NCBI GenBank assembly: GCA_002633005.1
Contig: NMRA01000399.1
Location: 91,570 to 155,569 of the forward strand
DNA length: 64,000 nucleotides
Origin: Phoronis australis
Lineage: Eukaryota > Animalia > Phoronida
Direction of reading: 5' to 3'
The first letter of the stretch is position 1. Each line of letters opens with the position of its first letter. A program made the translations under genes and the position numbers. The notes beneath the pieces were generated by a model. That model saw only the letters and a list, made by a program, of their open reading frames with translations, made no database searches and was not told where the DNA came from. Positions 1 through 12,430 of this stretch are shown here, piece by piece.

Positions 1-77
1 CCGGGCCCCCTGGCCCCCCCCCCCCCTAAATCCGCCTATGATTAAAGATTGTTTTAATGTATTTTGCAAAAATAAAT

Positions 78-924
78 ATAGATTATTACATGGCGAAGTC
101 CTTATCCCCGGTATCTAGAGCCCGAGTGGATTTTGGAGAATTATCGCTCGAGGGGCGTAAGACCTGAGGGTGATAATTCTACAAAATCCACGAGGGCTTT
201 AGGTAAGGGGGATAACGACTGAGAACATGTAATAATCTATTTATACCACATACTGAACGAGAAACATTGCAATGAATGGATCTACCTTTCTCGACTCGCC
301 TCGGCTTTGTAACTACTTTCTATGTCAGAGGCCTGGGCTCGGAGGTCGTGACCTTTTAAGAAAAGCCTTGCTATTTTTGTCAAATAATGCTTTTACTCAA
401 ATCCAATTGCAAATTTAAACAAAATAGAAATACAGTGAATCTATAAATTAAGGTTTAGCAACTATTATAGCTTACTACAGAGTTTATCACGCTAAGCTTC
501 GACCAGGAAAATATCGTCTGCTAAAGTAGGTTACCACTAGTGACTGAGTATAACGCTCAAGTCAAAGGATCCTGACGGACACGATACCGGCTTTCAAATT
601 GGAGATCGGTGATTTAGAAGTGAGAGAACACGAGAGAAAAATTTCACTGAATTAAAATACCGTTTTTATGGAAATTATGCGTCTTATTTTTCATAGCGTA
701 TAAATGTCGGTACAATGCCCTTTGCTGAACACGCGATTGTTGCGCGTGCTCATTTAAGTGTTCTATTTTTGCGTTCAATGACGTCAGCCGCTGAGTCGTG
801 TAGTGGTTAAGTCGGCGACTCGAAACTATTGAGGCCTGGGTTTGAAATGTTATCTCACAAGTGAGATAACTAAATGGGTTGTTACACGGTTGTATTTGTC
901 ATTCAACGCTAATATTGTGGTATA
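78..924. mobile_element. Putative non-autonomous element built from hairpins (family unassigned)
   Basis: Imperfect fold-back 78-240 (ATAGATTATTACATG...CATGTAATAATCTAT). TATACCACA 242-250 is inverted to TGTGGTATA 916-924. Perfect 10-bp hairpin GTTATCTCAC-AA-GTGAGATAAC at 849-870. Confidence 0.5.
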
Positions 925-1149
925 CAAGCAATTTATATGATTTCTTGTCACTTAGTTGTGATAAATGATCAAATGAAGTTTTCTGTGAATGAAGATCTGG
1001 CTGATAACTATTGATCATGAGCTTGACAGTACATTACATCAACCAACAGGGGGGGTGAACTGTGTTGTGTTTCATTGCAATTCGTTAATGTTTTTGGAAT
1101 GTATTTTTGTCTTCACAAAATGAATTATATTTTATCCTTTGTCCAGTAG

Positions 1150-1350
1150 GTAGAGGGGGATTGCTCGGTAACGCTCCACCTGGTTTCCAGCAGCGTCCAC
1201 CAGGCTTTCACCCAGGACCACCAGGGGGCATGCCTGTTGGGCCCCCAGTGATGGGACCGGGCGGCATGATGCCGGGAGGCCAGTGGATGGGCGGTCCAAG
1301 GATGCGTGGACCAATGCCAGGCCGAGGGGCCATGCGTGGTGGGATGAGGG
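1150..1350 (+). CDS. PPP1R10: PPP1R10/PNUTS penultimate coding exon (Gly/Pro/Met/Arg-rich low-complexity region)
   Basis: Encodes GRGGLLGNAPPGFQQRPPGFHPGPPGG...RGGMRG. Acceptor CAGTAG (exon start 1147 or 1150), donor G|GTGAGT at 1351. Phase 1 matches the next exon. Confidence 0.8.
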
Positions 1351-1415
1351 GTGAGTTGTCTTCTCACTCTTTCTAATTGATGACTGGACAATAACAGTAA
1401 TAAGGCGTCATTACA

Positions 1416-1662
1416 ATTTGAGGTGATACAACTCCATTTCACGTTTGAGGTGATACAACTCCATTTTACATTTGAGGGGATAGAACTCCATTTCACGTTT
1501 GAGGTGATGCAACTCCATTTTACATTTGAGGTGATACAACTCCATTTCTACATTTGAGGTGATGCAACTCCATTTCACATTTGAGGTGACACAACTCCAT
1601 TTCACGTTTGAGGGGATACAACTCCATTTCACATTTGAGGTGATGCAACTCCATTTCACATT
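1416..1662. repeat. 27-bp minisatellite, about 9 copies
   Basis: Unit TTTGAGGTGATACAACTCCATTTCACA. It explains ORFs 1125-1496 and 1411-1731. Confidence 0.92.
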
Positions 1663-2052
1663 TGCTAACTGAATGATTATGAGCGGTTGGGGTTTGAAAG
1701 CACTTCCAGGAATAATTTTTGGAACATGCATGTCATTGGCTCATGAAGAATCTGGTTGTTGCACTATGATTGCTTAACTCAGGCCAACACTGAAACTGTC
1801 ACAATATGGCTTTGTCTTGAATAATATGCACTGTATTCAGATTATAATCAAAATAGCAGTTTTATTACGATGGAGCCAAGTGTATTAAGAAAATACAGGT
1901 CCCAAGTGTAGATATATGTGTTTATTTAACTTCAAATGCAGTTAGCTGCTCAGACCAATCACTAATCACATAACATACTGAGATACCAGACGTAATTCTG
2001 CATATTTAAATGGCACCCACCAAAATTGAATGGAAGAAGGGCAGATATTTAA

Positions 2053-2396
2053 AGGACACTAAACCCTGTTTTGATGATTTCAACCAATCCTGGTTCTGTC
2101 ACCTGCTAATGCATCATTGGCATCAATCTTAAACATAAAAGCAGGAATCAACTGAAAACTAACCCCCCTATCTCACACATTGGTCCTTGGTGGGTGGTCT
2201 TTCTCCACAGTTGCCTTGGAATTCGATAAAAGCATGGCTTAAGCTTGCCCTTGTAGCAGATTTCGAAAGGAGTTTTCAAATTTTCCTCCAAACTTCTGAG
2301 GGTTGTTGAGGATTGTAGAGCATTATTTTGTTTCAGGGAATTGGATGGAAATGTCCTAATACCTGTTAATAGGACAAAACTGGGTTTGGTATCGTT
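2053..2396. mobile_element. Degenerate Kolobok-like MITE
   Basis: TTAA|AGGACACTAAACCCTGTTTTG at the left end. Imperfect inverse CAAAACTGGGTTTGGTATCGTT at the right end. Confidence 0.5.
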
Positions 2397-2699
2397 TTAG
2401 CCAACGTGACCCATAGGTTCTAAAAATTGACCCATTTATCTGGGGTCATGTGGATCAGTTGATTTGTAGCCGTGTTTTTCTAAAAACTGATGGTTGATTC
2501 CCATCTAACAGGATACTGTTACTGTGTTTAGAGCAGAGATGACTGTTAATGATGGCAGTGTATGCAGTATGAGCTTGTGCACATGATAGCATATACCATT
2601 TTTCCTTGGAAACCTGTTCTTATTTAATAAAGATTATAAAAGAGGTGATTGTCATTGATCTTCAAAGTGATTCGGGCGCAGACCAGAAGGAACAGGGCT

Positions 2700-3108
2700 G
2701 TTCCGGATTACACAGCAATAAAACTCTCTTTTGTCTCGAAGATATGATAGTGTGAGATCTTTTGGAAATCAGGCACATTTGCATGTCTTACATTGATGGC
2801 AAAGAATTTCACGTCACACATCCACGGGTATTATTCAATTCATCAAATTTTCTCACAGCACAGCAGTAATACTCCGTTAACATTGGAAGGACAAATGGAG
2901 TAATGCAACTGAGAGAAACTTGTAAAGAGTCAGACCACAACAAATAATATATGAAACTCCAATGGCACGGAAACGAGGCAGCAAATGTACCTGACGAATG
3001 TTAACAGCATTTTGGGTAAAAACAGCGAGATTGGAGTGTCACTGTGTAATGCAGGACGGTCCTATTTCTCTTTTTGTCTGAATATTCTGCCAATCAGTTG
3101 TGTTGTCT
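2700..3108. repeat. Dispersed repeat, copy A (copy B at about 45113-45530)
   Basis: Colinear shared blocks, e.g. AAACGAGGCAGCAAATGTRCCTGACGAATGTT, AACTTGTAAAGARTCAGAC and GTAATGCAAC. Confidence 0.8.
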
Positions 3109-3138
3109 TTATCCATGCCTGTGTTATATTCTGTGCAG

Positions 3139-3251
3139 GTCCCCCGACTGTACCCTGTCGGTTCTACACCACAAAAGGCTCCTGTCGCAACGGAATGATG
3201 TGTACATTTCTACATCCTGGCATTAACGGTCCACAACCCGCGCAACACTGA
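3139..3251 (+). CDS. PPP1R10: PPP1R10/PNUTS last coding exon, C-terminal CCCH zinc finger
   Basis: Acceptor TGCAG|GT. Encodes CRFYTTKGSCRNGMMCTFLHPGINGPQPAQH*, a C-x8-C-x5-C-x3-H finger followed by PG(I/V)NGP, as I recall the PNUTS C-terminus. Confidence 0.88.
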
Positions 3252-5456
3252 CCTATGCAAGAGGGCGCCGGTGTTCACCTACTTCAGCTGCTCTTGGGTG
3301 GATAACAATGGCAGTCCTCATTTTGTACCAAAGACTAGTGCAATGTAATGCTCCATGACATCAAGGCCTTTACACAATCACTACAGGTTACATGATGGAT
3401 TTGCGGTTCTGTAGGGGGAGAGTTTCTAGAACACTACTGGCGACACCTATTGCACTTCAGGTTGCCGAGGAACAGGTCAACTTCATTGAAATGCCCAGAA
3501 CATGCTGCAGTTAAATAATCAACTAAGTCAACCTTCATGTACTTAAATGTGTACCTCTCTGTCATTAAGAACCAACTTTTGTAGTACTGTGGTGTGCAGG
3601 CTGGTGACAATCATTGATGTTGAGTGACCCAACGCTGTTGGTTTAGTTAAGACTCTCCAATGGTTAAGAAGAAGAAAGTTTGTTCAAAAAACATAGGTTT
3701 TGTGATGAACAAACAAATTCTTGACAGTTTGATTGACGTTGATGTCAACAGTGAAAAATGGTGTATTTTGTGAAGTGACAAGCTGTCAGCGGACCGACTG
3801 ACAAATTAGTGATAAAGCTGTGACAATGAAAATTGTTCGATGAGAACACTTGTTTAGTATTTTCAGTGGGTTTACGTGAGAGGACAGATAGCTTCTATGT
3901 ATGTTCAGCTATGTCATCAACCTTAAGATTTTAAAAGTTGCTGAGAGTCACATGTAATGACTTGCAAGAATATGCCAATGTGACATGTGATCACATGAAG
4001 TGGCATGCTATGACATGTCGATGTGACAAGAGTTGGAATGTGGTGACATGAAAGGAAAACAATTGTCCCTTGATCAGAAACACAGCTTGATATGTGTTGA
4101 GCTGACAGAGTGATTCCTTGAGATGGCATCCTAAATTTGTTGGCCAAGAAATGCCATCTGTACATGTGCAATGTTGTAGCATTGATAATGATGTTCCTTT
4201 GGCAGTAGTTTTCATTTCCTTAAATACTTTATATTAGCAAGAGTCTGATGCATTTAATTTAGCTTGGTACAAGGTTGATATCTTCTAAACCTTGTAATTC
4301 ATTTCAGAGTTTGAGGCGTGTTCTGTTATGTGTAACACTGAGAACCAGTCTTACCCTAGTTTGAGCATGTTCCACTTCAAGTGATATTGATAATTTTAAC
4401 AAATCATGGAGGTGTAATTCTGTTCAATCATTGATAAGGATGATACTGTTTACATCGTATGTGTGCGCACTCTTGGGTGTTGTGAGGGGTTCTTATTATA
4501 GATGCTCATACCTGTAGAAGGGGTGCTGAAGCTCCATTGACCCCTGGTTGTGACCAGGGGGTGAGTTAAATGAATCAAAATGTAAAAGTATTGCTTTGGT
4601 TTTGACAACATAGAACAAGTTCTTGTCAAGTGTCATGAATCAACAAGTATATTTGTGACGCCTGATAGGGGTGTGGTTAACGTTGTTGTGTTGAATTACT
4701 GGCTGATTTGCATTCACTTGGATAACTTACTGACAAGTTTACCTGTAGACTGCTGTGAGGGCCAAGTTGTTCTTTTACAGCTCTGTCAAGCTGTGCTAAA
4801 GTGCCGTATTATATGCTTACTCTCCCACTGACCAGGTGCACAATGACACTGATGGAATACTTTTAATGAGGACTCCTATTGTACACTTTTGAGTGTTTTG
4901 TCCAAGAAGTATTGTTTGCTACACATAGGCTGGTTACTACTGTCTGAGAGGCTTATCATTAGCAGTGAATACAATAGAGGGCATATGCATCAAATTTCTA
5001 GTTGTGGGGTCAAACTCAAACTAAGGTCATGTTTAGATGTGCCTCAATGCCTGATAGTCAGTGAGAGACTGAACGTTCACTAGGTGGTCCAAATGATGAG
5101 GGAGTCTTGTGTTTGTTATTGAGATAGATTGCAAGCAGAAACTGGTTAACCTGACGTGGGCGTTTGTGTGCCAGGGGACTCACTGCATGACGCAATTCAG
5201 TCTGTTCTGACTCCGCCTTTCACTAGAATCACCTTGTGAATTTGGAGTTGCTGATAAATGTTTGTGTACCAGTCTCTAGTGTAATTTAGCATAGCAAGTT
5301 TGCCTTCAAGCTTCAATGATGAGCTGGTAATGCCTTGCATAAAGTAGTACAGTCTGAATGCTGTACATTGCTGTAGTCTGTGAATATGTAGGTTTATACT
5401 ACACACAGTGTTCCTGTGTATATTGTACAGATTGGTCAGTATTTTTATACGAAATG

Positions 5457-5462
5457 AATAAA
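5457..5462 (+). promoter_or_regulatory. Probable polyadenylation signal of PPP1R10 (3' UTR about 2.2 kb)
   Basis: AATAAA preceded by several TGTA motifs and followed by a GT/T-rich tract (TTGTTCTTTCGTTCTGTT). Confidence 0.55.
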
Positions 5463-7919
5463 ATCCATTTCAACTAGTCATTGTTCTTTCGTTCTGTTAT
5501 TCACAATTGTGGTCTCTCATCAGAGACACTTTCCTTCAAAAAGGGGACGCATCACCGCGTGGAGTGGGACAGTGTTGTTCCGATTTTGAGACCATGTTGC
5601 TCAGGCATGTGTCATTCTGTATGCATAAATCCAGGTGAAAGACCAATTTACCGCCTAGCAAGTACTAGCGCCTGCGTTTTTGTGTCCTCTGATGTAATTT
5701 TAAAGCGGCTTGGAACGCGAAAGATTGTCAAAAATATCTTTTAAACTTTAAACAATTGCTGACGAAAGCTCCACCTTACGTCTACCTAGTACAGAGTAAT
5801 TCACTTTCCCATGTGAGGAAATTTCCATAAAAATAGCAAAATTACCACAGAGTTCTCCCCCTCTGAAGATAAATGCGTGCATGCGCTTACTTTCAGTTAC
5901 ATGAAGTTGCTTCAGGTCAAAGGTCACATTTTCATAAGGAAAATATGTTACGTCTGCGGTCTTGCCATACCAAAAAAGGAGACGTGCTTTGCCTTGTCGG
6001 AGGAAAATCGACGAAGTGGCGAGCAGTTGACAGATCGTTTTTTTTTTAATTTTGAAACTAAAAGAAAGTGCTTTAATTAATATCAACAGAAATTAAAAAT
6101 CTGTACGTACAAATCCTAAAGATTAGTCAGATACATATTGGTGAAAAGATTTCCTTTTTCAGTGGCAGAGAACCACTTTCAATATTGCAATTTGGTCTGC
6201 TTATGGCATTCTAGGCCTCTTTAATATTACGTGACTTTCCTTGGTCGCAATGACAGAAATATAATAAAAAATGAAAATCACAACTTCAGATCACTTGTTG
6301 GTATGATTTCCTTTTACCAATATAAGTTGTGCGTAGGATCTGCTTTAAAAAAATTGACTGATTTCCCGGACCTCAAGAGTAAGGATTCAGTTAGGACGCA
6401 GTTACTTGTGACGATAAAGTTGCTGTTTTTAACACTAGACCATAGATTGCTGATAAAAGTAATGCCTATAACTGAAAATTTACATCACTACTTGGCGGGC
6501 CACAATACCCTAATTTGCCAACAGCACAACCGCTCTCTACACTGTTTTCGTTTTCGCCCAACTTAGACTTCATTGGCGAGCCAGATCGGCTGAAGCCGGA
6601 AGCAACCGTTAGAGCCAGGGGGTGGGGGCAGCCCAGCCCAGTCCTTCCTCTTAATGTATCACATGAGAACACTGCCGTGGTGTTTGTAGTAGTTATCTAA
6701 TTATCTGCGATTTAGTTATTTCACTGGGTACCGGCGTATCACCGGCGTTTTCATTGACAGTGGGCCTAGTCCTCCGATCGTCATCAATGAAGCAGTTATG
6801 TCAGTAACGTACTCATTCCATATAAACTATTGATTTATCGATAAATGACAAAACTTTTATATTCAATGAGAAAGACTGATATCGGAATCATTGTACTGTT
6901 CACTTTGTGACCTTTATGAATGCTTGGTAGAGAAAAGTAGTTACTTTTCGTACCACTTAAGGCAGTGGAGGGATCTAGGATATCACAAGGGGCCCAATGA
7001 TTTTGTTCGGCTGTAAGCATTTGCGCAAACCACGATTGTAGATGCGTATAGCACCGAATGGGGGGAGGTCGGGAGGGGGGTTTGCTGGTTCTGCACCCAA
7101 GTAATACCCAAGTAATTACTCACTCCATTCACGCCTCCTGAACCACAAAATCTCATGCACCTCAGTGTTACAAAACTATGATTCAGAAAAATGCTCAATA
7201 CCAAACTGCAACGGAATCTGTGCATCTCAGCATAGCTAAAGCTTTAAATTTTAAAGGTATCAGAATGATGTGTCTTACTATCACCCCCTGATTCTTGTTT
7301 CCCTGAGCTGTCGTGTAATGAATTTTAATCATCGGCCTACCATCATATAATTATGCCAGCGTAGCCATTTTTATTCACTAGTTCTTTATTACTATGTAAT
7401 GTAGTTTTTTTATAATATAATGCATAACGTATTCATTCATTTTTTCCTTTGTTGTGCCAATCATGTTAAAGTTTAAGTTATATCATCCTGTGCCTTATTT
7501 TTGCCGTTTCTCTCATTATCATGATTGCATCGGTAGTTTATGTTGTAATCCCTAGATATTTGTCCCCTGTACTAGTAGTTTATGTACACATTTTACATAG
7601 ACATATAATCTTTTTGTTGATACTCAACACGGGTTAATATTTCGCTCATGTAGTGAGATAACTTGTTGAAAGGAATACTTGGTTTATTTTTGACTAACTA
7701 CATGTGTAGACATAGATGACTTTCATGCAGCGGCTCCTATAGCTAACCCGGTTTTTGAAACTCTCCTCGCCTTGTTTTCATATTTCTAAAGTAATCAGTG
7801 CTATAGCAACGATCTTGTGTAGGCCTCTCACTACAGATGCATGACTATCTATCGTACATTTGCACATGTTGAAACTAACACCAGCCTCCCGTTCAGTAAC
7901 GCTAGGACCTGACTAAAAA

Positions 7920-8095
7920 CAAGACTTCGCGAGATTTCGTGAGATATTGCCGTGTATTTTTAATAAAATCACGTGATTGTGGCTAGATTTGCGGCTTGGT
8001 CCTTGCGTAGGTCCTTGCGTTACTGAATGCTCGCCTGTTCAAATGCCGCTCTTTCATAGAAAAGGTTAAAAAGCGGGTTTCAAATATGGCCGCCT
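7920..8095 (+). promoter_or_regulatory. SPOUT1 proximal promoter / start region
   Basis: CpG-enriched stretch. TTCGCGAGA (one mismatch from TCTCGCGAGA) at about 7926, palindromic E-box ATCACGTGAT at about 7968, and YY1-like AATATGGCCGCC overlapping the ATG. Confidence 0.5.
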
Positions 8096-8154
8096 CCATG
8101 GATGTATCAGATGTGTCCAGCTCCAGTTATGAAAAGCCTGATATGCCGCACACG
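8086..8154 (+). CDS. SPOUT1: SPOUT1 exon 1 (MAASMDVSDVSSSSYEKPDMPHT)
   Basis: ATGGCCGCC start and donor ACG|GTAGGT. Phase 0 fits exon 2. The N-terminus is poorly conserved, so this exon is inferred from context. Confidence 0.65.
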
Positions 8155-8342
8155 GTAGGTTTGGTTTAAGTGTGTTGTTAGCATGGGACAGGAGTATCCA
8201 CCCCATGTTTGATGAAAACAATGAGTTACACAGCTTTTAAAAAAGGAAAAGGACAAAGGCAACACATCAGCTTAGAAATAAACACACCTGAGCTGAGGCT
8301 GAGCTACAGGAGGAAATTTCACGTCATACCACACGATAACAT

Positions 8343-8601
8343 CATAGGTGGAATTGGGGAGAGGGGCAAGGGGGCCATGGCCCCCTAAAACTCACACATT
8401 TCATTTGGTAGTTCGAAGGTGCAAATATCTTATGGGTAAAATCCTGCCTAATAGTTATACTCGTCTCTGCCCTGGCCCCCCCTCCTAACTAAAAATCCTG
8501 GATCTGCCCCTGAGTACTACTACAGGGGCGGCACATTATAGCCTGATATGGAGCTGGGGGAGGCTATAGCCCCACTTTTTTTCAGTGCTGTGCCACCCAT
8601 G
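8343..8601. mobile_element. Two short G/C-tract MITE-like fragments; related pieces at 1-40, about 28147 and 33233-33354
   Basis: CATAGGTGGA...GGATCTGCCCCTG and CAGGGGCGGCAC...GTGCCACCCATG inverted ends with internal poly-G/poly-C tracts. Confidence 0.5.
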
Positions 8602-9083
8602 TACTATTAGATCGTATCATGGCAAGAAACATCAGAAAGCAGACAAAAGACCATTTGGGAAAACAATGCGAGAATGAACATGAAAAGTGTACTGAAACAT
8701 TATGTTGCTTTGTTTGAAACGTTGTGTGTGTCAAGAACATGAATGTATTGATTTAGTCTGCTTTTGTGGTTGCATCGAAGGCATAATTTCTCAACAGATG
8801 GAACAGTATATATTTGATGTGCTTCTCAACATCAGCCAATTGCAATGCATGATTGTTATTTTCCTACCAATTGGAATGTCCAAGCATTTCTTCATTCTGT
8901 TGACCTATGTAAAGCCATGTGATCACTGCAATGGGAAAGAGTATATTAATAAGATCACTTATTACTCTTTTTTAATGACTTAATTCCCTATTTGTCTTGA
9001 TCAACACCCAAAACCAGGAAAAATTTCCCAGTATCAACCATTTTGGAAAGACCTGTATATGACAGGTTCAGATATGACATATG

Positions 9084-10576
9084 CATGGGTGAGAAACAAC
9101 ATGACCGCAGATCCTCTAAATCTGACCGACTCACCTAAAACAGGACCTACGGGGATCAAATGGGACTGACGCACCTAAAAACATGACCAACCCACCAAAA
9201 ACAGGACCGCCGGGGGACTGAACATGACTGCCGGGGATTGAAACCGCAATGACAAACAGGCTAAGATTTATTACCGGTAGGCCTACACAGATCATACAAT
9301 GGGGATATATACATATGCATATGCAGGTCTTGTGCTGATTAATCCACCGAAATCTTGTGTGCACTACAGGACACTTCGCTTTGTAACACGCGGCACTTTT
9401 GAGTTTTACTTCATCAGACTCTGCTATGGTGTGTGACTTATAAACAGTTGAAAGGTCAACATTTAATAAATCTAACCACAAACCAACCACTTTGTATGTT
9501 TTTGAGCTAAACAATTATAACTTTATCCACTGCGTAAGTTTTAGAACAAAATGAAAATCATTTTCTCCAATTTGACGTTTTAGTCAAGTAAAAAAAAACA
9601 GGCGTTCTGGTTCACGGGTGAAGCATCATCATAACTAGCCTTTGTGCGGCAAAGCTGTATACTAAATATGCAGCTTTGCGCTGATGTGGGTAAAAAAATG
9701 AGCATATGAAATCTTCACCGACTTTCTTCCTTGAGTAAACTAAATTATTTATCGGCGCTTGGGAAAAATTGACGTTCTGTCGTTATTCTGCTGCTAAAAT
9801 TGAGATGCGTTTTTTAGGTAGGCTTACATTGGCCAGTTCCTGTTTCCCCCAAGTCTTCAATCAGCTGTTCTCTTCTAGGAGGTTGCGTACATGGCACAAC
9901 AACAAATTATCGAAACTGGTTTCATTTTGTTACAAGTTTTTAGTATTTTAATACCAAGAAACTGAATTTCAGAACAAATCTTGCTGATGTGAAGTTGTCA
10001 TTATCTTCCAAAAGATGTTGCAAAATTTTAGGAAATGGCGTGTCCACATATCACGAGCGTGCGGCGGACTTTTTTGTTACAATAGGCAAAGAATTATGCA
10101 AGAAAATGCCGTTCATTAGATTGTTTTTCACTCAATGCGGCTGCAACCTGCAAGGTGAATGTTGGTTGACTCCTAGATTTTGCATATGCGCCTGTGCCGG
10201 TCACTAGCTCTACATGTGAAGTTTCACCGACGACGACCGGGTGACGCGCAGAACTACCCGGACTGTGGGAAATTTTGGGGATATAACGGAGCTCAATTAC
10301 TCAGTGCTACCAAGCTTTACTTTGGCGATAGTCTTTAAACAGCTAGCTGACTGGTTACGTCATAACCCGCAGTATCATGCAAAGGCCTTGGTAACTGCAT
10401 TTTGTCTGGCGGTCATGTTCACCCCCCGGTGGTCCTGTTTTGTGGTGGGGCGGTCATGTTTTTAGGTGCGTCAGTCCCATTTTCTGGTGCGGCTATCTCA
10501 TTTGATCCCCTTAGGTCCTGTTTGGGTGAGTTGGTCTGATTTAGAGGACCGGCGGTCATGTTGTTTCTCACCCGTG
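9084..10576. mobile_element. Non-autonomous DNA transposon with about 150-bp TIRs, CAY/GTG ends and a 5-bp TSD (Transib-like)
   Basis: CATGGGTGAGAAACAACATGACCGC... is inverted to ...GCGGTCATGTTGTTTCTCACCCGTG. ATATG flanks both ends (9079-9083, 10577-10581). Confidence 0.85.
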
Positions 10577-11065
10577 ATATGTTTTCTCATGGAGTCTTCA
10601 CAGATGAGAGCCGTTAATCACTTCCATTTTGTCTTTCAGCTCACCCTAATTGTCACATTTGACGTAATTGTAGGGTGGGTGTAGGTTATTACTGACCGGA
10701 GGTTATGGTGCGAGGATAGACTGAAGACTGGTTTGGGTTAATCACTTCACTAATCACCACTGTATGCTCGGAAGTCTACTCAACCAAACGTCCAACACAA
10801 TATCTGTTGTATGCTCTAGCCAGTGTTGCAAAGCCTTGGTTTGTGAATCACTTTATGTAATAAAAAATTGTTAGTTGGCTCAATAACCTTATGTCTCTAT
10901 GGCTTCTCCATTCACAAACCTGTGACTGCTGATTCTAAACAGCTGCAACACTGTAACTTTACCTCAACTCAACTTCAGATCTAGGTTAACTGACTCACAC
11001 TAGAATGTTCTTAAGTTCTCTATTGCAAACAAACTGTTATCCCAAGCCTCACCCCTTGGGTTGTT

Positions 11066-11445
11066 TTATGGTAATGAATATTTATCCAACCTTAAGGTAA
11101 TGAATATTTTCCCAACCTTATGGTAATGAATATTTACCCAACCTTAAGGTAATGAATATTTACCCAAGCTTATGGTAATAAATATTTATCCAACTTAAGG
11201 TACTGAATATTTACCCAACCTTAAGGTAATGAATATTTGCCCAACCTTATGGTAATGAATATTTACCCAACCTTAAGGTAATGAATATTTACCCAAGCTT
11301 ATGGTAATAAATATTTATCCAACTTAAGGTAATGAATATTTACCCAACCTTAAGGTAATGAATATTTGCCCAACCTTATGGTAATGAATATTTACCCAAC
11401 CTTAAGATAATGAATATTTACCTAAGCTTATGGTAATAAATATTT
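11066..11445. repeat. 26-bp minisatellite, about 14 copies
   Basis: Unit GGTAATGAATATTTACCCAACCTTAA. Confidence 0.93.
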
Positions 11446-11972
11446 AGCCCAATGGGTGATGATCTGAATGAGCATGGTGAGTGACGACACCTGAAACACC
11501 TGAAAGTTGGGAATATTTCTAGCCATATATTCTCCAATAAAGCTGTGGACCAAACAGTGATGAAGGGAGGAGTAAAAAGAGAGAATGTCGATATTAGAAT
11601 ACTTATGAGGATCACGATGAAACGACTCAGAATTCCCCATCATTACATCTGGATACTACTATCTGTCATGTGAATGGTCACCCATGATAGGTAATGTACT
11701 GAAAAGTTAGCTAGGTAAAATATCTGATTGTTTTATAAGGATTTTGCCTGACCACGTGATTTGTGTTGAAACAGATTAGCTGGCATGGCAGAGAACCTGG
11801 TGGTGTCTACTGCACCATTTGGTAGGTCAACTATTTCCAAGTAACACGCACCTTGCAAAGAGCATCAACACAATGAAACAAACCGTTGGTAGATGGCGCT
11901 GGAATGTTTGGTAGACAACGTTCTGTGTTCGTGTATGGAGGTTAAACGCTGTGAGATTGCTTTTCTAACATT

Positions 11973-12204
11973 TTGTCATATTGCTACTGTTGTGAGATGT
12001 GTTGTCATATTGCTACTGTTGTGAGATATGTTGTCATATTGCTACTGTTGTGAGATGTGTTGTGTATAACGATGACAACTGAGATGTGTTGTCGTATTGC
12101 TCCTGTTGTGAGATGTGTTGTCATATTGCTTCTGTTGTGACATGTGTTGTCGTATTGCTCCTGTTGTGAGATATGTTGTCATATTGCTCCTGTTGTGAGA
12201 TGTG
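11973..12204. repeat. 29-bp minisatellite, about 7 copies with one interruption
   Basis: Unit TGTTGTCATATTGCTACTGTTGTGAGATG. Confidence 0.9.
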
Positions 12205-12399
12205 GTTATTAAACAATACCATAAAAATATACAGTCTCACAATTTTCAATTGGTGAATGAAGGAAATTGTACTCCGTGCTTTGATACTTTCTAAATATTA
12301 TGCTATAAAATTGTACGCTGATTGTTTTTTATGTAATAAGCCAGCTGTTTTATAGTATACAGAGCTGGACATAACTCTGTCTTTTTGTTTAATTTGTAG

Positions 12400-12430
12400 G
12401 CACAAGAATGGTCAAAGTGGAAAGCAGAAA
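12400..12430 (+). CDS. SPOUT1: SPOUT1 exon 2 (31-nt small exon, AQEWSKWKAE)
   Basis: TTTGTAG| ... |GTGAGT. Resembles the EWxKWK segment of the SPOUT1 N-terminus. Phases 0/1 fit the neighbouring exons. Confidence 0.8.

Noticed and set aside
11448-11512. Possible C/D-box snoRNA (GTGATGA ... CTGA, CCCAA/TTGGG ends)
   Set aside because: Too short, no recognisable rRNA-complementary guide, and directly adjacent to a minisatellite.
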